NCBI GenBank assembly: GCA_039096225.1
Contig: JBBPEB010000013.1
Span: 1,426,001-1,490,000, forward strand
From: Blastocystis sp. Blastoise
Lineage: Eukaryota; Protista; Bigyra: Opalinata
Length of the DNA stretch: 64,000 nucleotides
Direction: 5' to 3'
Positions within the stretch are counted from its first letter, which is position 1, and each line of letters opens with the position of its first letter. Positions 57,801 through 64,000 of this stretch are shown piece by piece. A program made the translations under genes and the position numbers. Under the pieces are notes generated by a model. The model saw nothing but the letters and a program-made list of their open reading frames with translations. It was not told where the DNA came from and did no database searches.

Positions 57801-60800
57801 TTCTTCTGGTATAATAAATCAAGATACTAATATATTATATAAGAATATATCAAAGAATATATTAATTCAAGGTTATGGATTTACTAATAGTGATAGTTAT
57901 AAGATTATAGAAAGTAATAAAGAATGTACTGATTCATCTTATATTGATATTAGTGCTATAATTACTTTAACAAGTGTTACTATTCCTAATGTAAATATTG
58001 ATGTTTCTCCTTTATCTTTATCTGTATGTTATAAATTTGCTAATGAAGAATCTTTTAAGAAAATACTTTCTATTCAAGTTTATGATGTTGAAATTAATAT
58101 TGAACCATCTAATATTGTTACTTATGCTCCTAATACTATTACTATAACAATATCTGGTTCTGTATTAGATTTATCTGATACTATATTAATAAAGTATATT
58201 CCTAATGGAAATGATTGTTCTGAAAATTCTGAAGAATTTAATGTAATTAATAAGAAAGCTAATATAATATTTAATAATGGTTTTGATTCTGAATATAAAT
58301 TTTGTATTAATTATAATAATGTATGGACTTTATTATCAACAACTTCTATTAAAGTTAAAGAAATTTTAGCTCCTTCTACAATTGGTGTGGTGGCTAATGT
58401 AGAATCTAAGATTACTTTTAATGGTTATATTAATAGTGTTAATACTGGTGATATAGCTAAATGGGTTTTAGATGATAATTGTTCTAATGATTCTAGTATT
58501 CAACAAACTATAAGTGTTGATAGTGCATTATTTATATTCCCTAGTCAAGATCAACAAAATATTCAAACTTATAAATTATGTTATAAATTTAATGATATTG
58601 ATGAATTTATATATTATCCTAATATAAATGTTTATGTTAGTGAAATATTAGCAATTTATCCTACATATGCTCCTCTTAATACATATGTAACATATAAATT
58701 TATTGGTTCTAAAGGTATTTCTTCTGGTGATAAAGTTATGTTTGTAAAATCTACTTCTACTGATTGTAATAATGTAGATGATCAATTAACTTTAGAACAA
58801 GATGGTATTGTTAATAATAATAAAGAATTTAGTATTATGTTTAATCAAGTTATTTCTAATTCAAAATTATGTTATAAACATAGATTATCTATAGATAATA
58901 ATTATATATTTATTAATTCTAATTTATTATCTATATCAGTTTATGATGTAAGAAATCTTTATGGTATTCGTGGACAAAATATAGAATCTGGTAGAAATTT
59001 CATTAATGAATATTTACCATTAACATTTATTTATTCTAGTGAGTCTAGTATGCCTAAATATGAATTATGTCAAAATAAAGAAACAATTTATAATACTAAA
59101 TGGATAGAAAATACATGTGATTATATATCTCAAATAATTGATGATGATAATAATAATAAACAAGATATACAAAATATTTTCTCTTATAATATAGATAAGA
59201 GTTATACATTTATTCAAGGTGGTTATAATAAATGTACTCAAAGTATATCTACTATAGAAGATTCATGGATTATATTAGATTTACAAGAAAAGAAATCAAT
59301 TTCTTCATTAACTATTGATACAATTTTTGGTGAAAATGCTATTAAATCAATTAAATTACAAATAAGTAATTCAATTACTGGTCCTTTCTTTACTGTTGCT
59401 ACATTAGATAATTATATACAAAATTATAATGGTTATCAAACTAAAGACGTTAAGATAAATACTAGATATCTTAAATTAATTCTTAATAACTGTGGTGGTA
59501 ATAAGATTATTTTAAGAGGTCTTAAATTATCATTTATTAATAGTGATATTAATATTTCAATGGTAAAGGATAAAGTGAAGTTTATACCTAGTAATCAATT
59601 TAATACATTTACAAGTGAAGATTGTAATAGTTTTGAAGGTGAAGAAGTTGAAATTGATCATTGTTCATCTACTGCATATACTAAATTTAATTATGGTGGT
59701 TTATTTGGTATATGTTATAAATTTGGTGAATCTTCTTATTCATTTATTCCTTCTGTAACTACATCAATTATTGATATTCAATCTGTTAGTACAAATACTA
59801 TTATTATTAATAAATCTAAGATATTTAAATATACTGGTTATAATAATATAAATAATAATAATAATAATGATGTTTCTGTTGGTGATCATGTTAAATTTAT
59901 ACCTTATCATGAAAATATGAAATTATCTGAATGTAATACTATAGATAATACTATATATACAATAGATAGTAATATGTCTATTGAACCTATCTTTACCGAA
60001 TATGGTATATATGCTACTTGTTATTATTTCTCACAATATAAATCTATTTATGATAATTACTTCTTATTTATTGGTGGTGCAATGAAAGTTGAAGTTATTA
60101 ATTATTCTGTAAATGGCTTAACTCCTTCTATAATTCCTTGGAATACTGAATATGATATTATATTGTCTGTAAATAGTCCTGAAATTAATGATAAAGCATA
60201 TTTTGTACCTATTGAACATACTTGTGAAGATGGATTAAGATTCTATGGTAGCTTAAAATTATCTCTTTCAGATAATAATAATAATGATCGTTATTATGAA
60301 AATACAAATGAAATTATTATGACTGTATTATTTAATGATATTAATTATTATCATTATAAATTATGTTATATTTATAATGATAATACAAAGATTAATACTA
60401 TTTATGATCTTACAATTAGTCGTATTGTTAGTATATCTCCTTCTTTTGCTTCATATGAAGTAGAAACTCCTATAAGATTCATTGGTGGTGGTCTTAATAA
60501 AGGAGATATAGCTAAATTTATTTTAGGTAATGATTGTAATAGTATTAATAATGAAGATGAAATATCTTATGAATCAATTATAGATAATAAATTATTTGGT
60601 TATTATAATTTTACATCTAATGATAATAATAAAGTTTATCATTTATGTTATACATTTAAGACTTTATCAGATATACCTATATATTATGATTCTATTACTC
60701 TTAGTATAAGTTCTACTCATTATGAAGATATTATTCCTAAAGAACTTTATGCTGGTTCTCCTACTGATATTACTTTTATTGGTTATGGTTTAGCTAATTC

Positions 60801-63800
60801 TAATGTTAAATTTTTACTTTCTGGTGATGATTGTAATTCTAATGATAATAATTTATTTGCTCGTATTAATTCTATAAATAATTATGAAATAACAATTAAT
60901 GATGATTCTCATATTATTGCTTCTATTTATGATATAAGTGATAATTTAAGAATATGTTTAAAGACTCATAAAGATGATGATTATAAATTAATGATATCTA
61001 CTATAAAAGTTAGTGGATTTGCTAGTATTACTCCTAATGAAGTATATGTTAATACTAGAAATACATTTATTCTTATTGGTGAATATATAGAAGAAACTCG
61101 TGTTAAATTTGTTTCTGAAAATATATTATGTGAAAATGATTTAGATACTGGTATTATATTACGAAAAGATATTGATGATAATACTAAATTAACTTTTAGT
61201 ACATGGTTAATAACTTCTGGAATGAAATATTTATGTGTTAAATATCCTAATGAGAAATCATTCCATGCTAGTTATAATATTCAAGTATTTGTTAAGACTA
61301 TATCTACAATTGATGATATAGGTTCTCTTTCTAATAATACTGCTATTGTTGGTGTTGAAAAGATATTCTATATTCTTGATAATAATAATAAACCTATTAC
61401 TAATCCTAATCAAGAATTTATGTTTGTTGAGAGTGGTGTCTCATCAGATATAGATTGTATATTAGCTAATAGTGTTTCTGGTAATTCATACTTAGTTATT
61501 AGTGAAAATAATACTGGTAATGTTATATTTACTAAAGCTGGTTATAATTATAAATTATGTATTAATATTAATAATAAATGGACTCTTTTCAATGATATTA
61601 CTTTATCTGCTATTGAAATTAATTCTATTGAATCAAATGATGCTATAGTTTCTAATATTCCTATTGAAGTTACATTATTTGGTACTGGTATTAGTGATAA
61701 TGATTTTGCTATATTTTTACCTGAAGATTATCTAGACTGTGGTGGTTCTATTGATAATTATTCTAAAGTAAAAGATTCTAAGATTATTATTACATTACCT
61801 ATATCTAATAATGGATATTATAAATTATGTTATAAATTTGATAATCAATATGTTCATGAATATAAAGATATTAAACTTTATGCTTCTACTCTTCAATCTA
61901 TTACTTCAGATAAACCTATTGTTATAAATTATAATAATATGTTATCATTTATTGGTAGTGGTTTAGGTGAATCTATGTGTTCTACTTTTACTACTATTGA
62001 TACAAATGAATGGGTAATTTCTCAATATAGTTCTATTATAGAAGATACATCTATTGAATCTATTAAAGATATTAGTTCTGAAACATATGCTACATTTACT
62101 AAAGATATAAATAATAAAGCTTCTGTTACTATTCATTTTAATGAATTATACTTTATTAATTATATTAATTTAGAATTATCTTCTAATATTAATAGTGATG
62201 TTACTATATCTATATTATCTAAACTTAATATAAATAATAAACTTTATTCTAATATATATTCTATTGAAACTACTTCTAATTCTTATAGTTTACAATTTAC
62301 TAAGAATATTCTTATAAAAGATATTATTATTGAATTTACTTTTAATAATTGTGATACTATTAATCTTTATAATATTATATTTAATGGAAAGAAAGCTTCT
62401 GAAAATGCTATGGTATTCTTTGTTCCTGAAAATGTTAATAAATGTGTTTATACTTCTGATATTATTGTTACTTATGTTAGTTTATGTACTCCTGATATTT
62501 CTTATATGTTTACTGATATGAATAATGTATATCCATGTTTCAAATTCCCTAATTCAGATTTTGCTTATTATAATATTCCTTTAACTATTCATTATGTTAC
62601 TGTTGATCAATATACATCTAATGTTGTTGTTAATAATTATCATAATGAATATTTAACTTTACGTGGAAATGATCTTAATTCTGAATTTGATACAATTAAA
62701 TTTGTTAATTTTGAATGTAATGAAGATGCTGTTGGTACAGGTTATACTTTAAATAATAATGAAATTTTATTAAGTTTTACTTCATCTATTAATTCTAAAT
62801 CTGATGGAAAAATAAAATTATGTTATTGTTTTAATAATGAAGTTTGTACTAAAGTATTAACATTATCTACTTATGAAGCTTCTATTAAATATGAACAATT
62901 TACATTACATCTTTATGATATTACTAAGATTTCTACTATTGATCAATCATCTTTATCTGTTTATATTAAGAATGAACAAACATATGTTTTTGAAGGTATT
63001 GGTATTCATTCTTGTACTACTGAAGATTCTATTAATTGTGATCATATTAAATTTACAAAGAATTCATGTTTTGATAATAATAATGTTGTTGCTGTTACTA
63101 AGAATAGTGCTACTTATTCTTTTGATAAAGCTTATAACAGTAATATGTTATGTTATAAATATGCTAATTTAGATTATGTAAGTTCTTTTAATATTTATGA
63201 AAATATTCAAGTTCGTTCTGTAGAAATTATTTCTATATATCCTAAATATTTACGTGAAAATATTGAAAGTACATTATATTTACTTCATAATTCAATTATT
63301 AATAAAGATTCTATTGCTTTAACTAATAAAGAACATTCTTGTGATGATACAACAATTGAATATCATACTTTGAACCTTATTAATAATGATTTATATGCTA
63401 TTACTTCTGTAATTCTTAATGAAAATATTAATCGTATTTGTGTTAAATTATTAGATAATAATAATGCTTATGTTGTTGATCAATTTAATATTAATATTGG
63501 TTTTACTGATATTACATATTCTCCTTCTATTATAATTGCTAGACAAAATAGTGTTATTACTTTCTATAGTGATAATATTGCTCCTTTAAATAAAGTTAAA
63601 TTTGTTTTAAGTGAATCTTGTGAAGATGAATCTGTTATTGAACCAGTAAATGTATATTATAATAATAATAATAATCAATTACAAGTTAATGTTTTATTTA
63701 ATATTGGTTATTCTTCATTATCTGTATGTTATCTTGATAATGAAAATATTGGTTATCAATTATTATCTCAAAAATTACGTGTAATATCTATTACTGGTAT

Positions 63801-64000
63801 TAAAGATCGTACATTTGTAGTTAGACGTGTTCCTACTACAATTATGATTGAAGGTGAAGGATTTTCTAATCAAGATTCTATTGCTTGGATTAAATCTGAT
63901 TTATCATGTGATTTTATCTCTATATCTTCATTTACTACTGTTTCTAGTATAAATGATGAACATACTATTGTTACTTTTGATAATGTTATATTACAAAATA
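33867..64000 (+). CDS. Giant secreted/surface protein (over 9,900 aa, 3-prime partial): about 90 Cys-containing IPT/Ig-like repeats plus 7 discoidin (F5/8 type C) domains
   Basis: Exon 33867-33886, GTATGT..TAG intron 33887-34223 and exon 34224-64000 give signal peptide MLDISIIFIAFFAWCASGA. Frame +1 reads as coding wherever I translated it, to the last base; the ORF track lists no terminated ORF in this frame. Recurrent P..I.G.GL...D.IKF..C...G.Y.LCYKF unit about every 285 nt. Probable 5-prime UTR intron at 33731-33837. Confidence 0.9.

Noticed and set aside
34261-63172. Short ORFs listed in the track across 34-63 kb
   Set aside because: They are off-frame or antisense shadows of the giant frame +1 CDS.

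Overview
Very AT-rich, intron-dense eukaryotic nuclear DNA. It is probably from a stramenopile of the Blastocystis/Opalinata type (inference from the protein sequences, a U12 intron and a complex I accessory subunit; not proven). The first 32 kb hold compact housekeeping genes: a MYST acetyltransferase, a head-to-head RPL14/RPL5 pair, BDP1, a mitochondrion-targeted unknown, a Qa syntaxin, a WS/DGAT acyltransferase, NDUFB2, HSBP1, a METTL25-like methyltransferase with an AT-AC U12 intron, an intronless HSP70 with a heat-shock element, and a zf-4CXXC_R1 protein. A 7.6-kb CACTA transposon (12-bp TIRs, TAT target duplication, duplicated left end) interrupts this block. It carries a decayed transposase, a captured fibro-slime/PA14 gene and a nested 142-bp MITE. 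The last 30 kb are one uninterrupted reading frame that the ORF track misses because it has no stop before the window edge. It encodes a secreted protein of more than 9,900 aa with roughly 90 Cys-containing IPT/Ig-like repeats. Six discoidin (F5/8-C, CBM32-like) domains are plugged into a special four-cysteine repeat type, there is a seventh at the N-terminus, and there is an internal RLRR cleavage-like site. All five ribosomal-protein introns have non-canonical ends that copy the spliced mRNA, most likely an RNA-seq polishing artefact. Exon models were derived by hand, so coordinates of degenerate features are approximate.
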